Assembly (NCBI GenBank): GCA_965287045.1
Contig: OZ336882.1
Location: 58,838,001 to 58,902,000 of the forward strand
Direction of reading: 5' to 3'
Length of the DNA stretch: 64,000 nucleotides
Origin: Carcharhinus amblyrhynchos
Taxonomy: Eukaryota
The translations under genes were made by a program, and so were the position numbers. The notes beneath the pieces were generated by a model. It was not told the DNA's origin, ran no database searches, and was given only the letters and a program-made list of their open reading frames with translations. Within the stretch, counting starts at the first letter, position 1. Every line of letters begins with the position of its first letter. This document shows positions 61,690-64,000 of this stretch, piece by piece.

Positions 61690-62700
61690 ACAGAGAAAAA
61701 GCAGGCAGAAATAATTATAGACTTTAGGAAAAATCAAGTTCATGACATTGTTCCCATAGTATGGACATTGAAGTAATTAGAAACTACAAGTATCTAACTA
61801 CCAAAGTAGATAATAAGTTGAATTGGAGGGAATGGTGCACAGATATGGTGGCCAAGGAATATACACTATTACGCTACCTCAGGAAATTACAATCCTTTTC
61901 AGGTGCTGAGTGCCTGGAACTTGCTGCTGGGGAAGGTAGTCGAAACAGATGCAGTAGTGACTTCTAAGGGACATCTTTAGCAATTACATGAATGGATGAG
62001 AAATGAGGGATATGGTCCCTGGAAGGGTAGGGGTTTTAGTTTCGTCAGGCAGCATGGTTGGTGCAGGTTTGAAGAACCTAAGGGCCTATTGCTGTGCTGT
62101 AATTTTCTTTGTTCCTTGTTCTTTTGAGTCAATCCCACAATCATAACTCTTCTATACGACTGTTATTGAGATGGCTATCCTTTTCAGATATCTCTCCTAA
62201 TTTTGTCATTTTGGGAAGGTGGACTTTTTATGGATACAGGGATTATTGAACCAGGCAGGGAAGGTGTTTCTTGAGTGGACCTTCCTTGATGAAATCTGCT
62301 CTCAAAGAATTTTGATTGAAGTAAAGAGCATCATAAACAATGAGAATCACCTCTCATCTACGTATCACTGTCAGAGGTATTCGGGGAAAAGGCTGCAATC
62401 CTTCAGATGCAGAACAAATCAATTCCTGACCTTATGTATGTCCTTTTCTACAAGAAACATTAACTGAAGTTTGACGTACAGATGATGATATGCACTCACG
62501 GTGGAACTTACCTAACTATTTTAATGCATTGGAATATTTTTAATGCATGTTTTAATTCAAATTAGCCCTCTGTGATAAGTTAATTTTCTTTATTTTTATT
62601 ATTATTCATTCACGTGTATTTTTTTAATGAACAAGCAATGAACCCAATATGAGTTTTTATATGAACAATAAAGTGAATGGATTAGAATTGAATTGAAAGA
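61690..62700 (+). mobile_element. Old Rex1/Babar-type LINE 3' region with a nested CR1 tail (about 61900-62120)
   Basis: IIDFRK; DIEVIRNYKYL..VDNKLNW...YLRKLQSF (ORF 61761); SGKRLQSFRCRTN (ORF 62219); AATAAA plus (ttgaa)n tail. Confidence 0.65.
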
Positions 62701-63084
62701 GGAATTATTGTGAGAAGAAGAAAATCCCAGTCAGGAAGAGGTCAGCTTGACAGGAAAGGAAACAGGAGCTCTTGGAAGAACTACATGAGCTGGCTAAAAT
62801 GATCTAAAACCTGTGAAGCTATAGGAATAGCTCAGAGATGCTAAAGATATGGGATGTTTTCCTAAAAGTGGCCACACATGAACTGGGGTGTTATCTGTTG
62901 GTTGGTTGAAAATGAACTCTGGAAAGACCCAGCATCAGGACTGTAGTGAACAAAGACTGAGAAAGTTTGTAGAACTGCGCCTTACTGATGATATTCATAC
63001 TCGTGAAACCCAAGGTGAAAACTACTGTCTGATAGGACTCCTAAACTACTTTGCATGAATAAAGAACTGCATATTTTGCAGCTA

Positions 63085-64000
63085 TGTGACGGTGTGGTGT
63101 CACAACGATGGGTAATTGTGACTAAGTGAAATCTACCTATGTCTTTAACAACTCATCATAAGACATATTGAATTGTTTAAAGAGGACCTCTTAAAAAAAT
63201 ACATGAAAGAATACTGGCCAAAAATGGCTGTCACGTATCATCTGATGTCTGGAATTGCAAGTTGACGCTTTCTGTTTAGTTACTGTATGGGTTGCATTGT
63301 TGACATGTTGCTCATGGAATTTCACACTCTAGGGGTGTCAAGGTTCAAGTCAAAATTGACTCTTTAATGGAAGATATTAAAATACAAGGTGCTGGGCTTT
63401 TATCAGTTGTAATTCTATTAAGACAATGGGAACTGCTAGCGAGCCAAATGTGCAACAGACATTCAAAACCCACTGTGGAGGATGAAACAACCCCATATCC
63501 TTCTGGTTTCCACTGTTGTGAAACATGTCAAATTTTTCTGAGATGAAAGATTAATAAATTGATTACTTGTTCTGCAACACTGACTGCAAAACATTTAATC
63601 AAGTTCCTTCTTGGAATATACAGAGAGAAATTAGAAATCAATTAAGGATTGGTTTTGCCAAGCCAGAGACAGACAGATAAATAAAAGTAATCTGGGAACA
63701 CTGCTGAAGGAAGTAGTACAGAACCTCTCTCCCTGTCTAAGCCAAAGTTGTCTTCAGCAAGTTGCAGTTACCTGAATCTCAATTCAAGTCCAGGACGTTA
63801 AGGAAACCAGCCAAATTGAAACAGCCACAATATTCAACAATCAAGGATGAGCTAAGAACTTAATTGTGTATTCTTTTAACTTTGACTCGGGCTCTAACTT
63901 TTTATTTCTGCCATATCTGTGTGGGTGTCATTGCATCTTTTGTAACTTTTTTCTTGGGTTTAGTAACTAATAAACTTACTCTTTCTTTTTGACTCAAGAA
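63085..64000 (+). mobile_element. Possible LTR running off the window end
   Basis: Starts TGTGAC; T-rich tract followed by AATAAA at about 63969, in an LTR-like U3/R arrangement; 3' terminus not in window. Confidence 0.3.

Overview
This is vertebrate DNA, almost certainly from a cartilaginous fish (shark), and is not prokaryotic. The inference rests on its repeat content: HE1-type and MER6-type V-SINEs, DeuSINE (SacSINE1-like) copies and abundant CR1/HER1 LINEs. The only host coding sequence I can support is one 273-bp minus-strand exon (40844-41116) encoding Ig domain 1 of an FGFRL1-family receptor, so the rest of the window is most likely the two large introns flanking it. These are packed with nested mobile elements: CR1 LINEs (one young copy keeps about 716 codons with a single stop), a second L2-group LINE, Rex1/Babar LINE ends, four SINE types, many PIF/Harbinger-type non-autonomous elements plus a decayed Harbinger transposase, short Penelope-derived pieces with degenerate hammerhead-ribozyme cores (one is a 200-bp palindrome), solo-LTR candidates, and 33-bp and 38-bp minisatellites. 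Almost all ORFs in the track are spurious or TE-derived. I found no convincing wholly new system. The most interesting leads are the hammerhead relics, the Harbinger fossil with its MITE family, and a speculative minisatellite-derived alternative terminal exon. Repeat family names come from recognition by eye, and boundaries are approximate unless TSDs are quoted.
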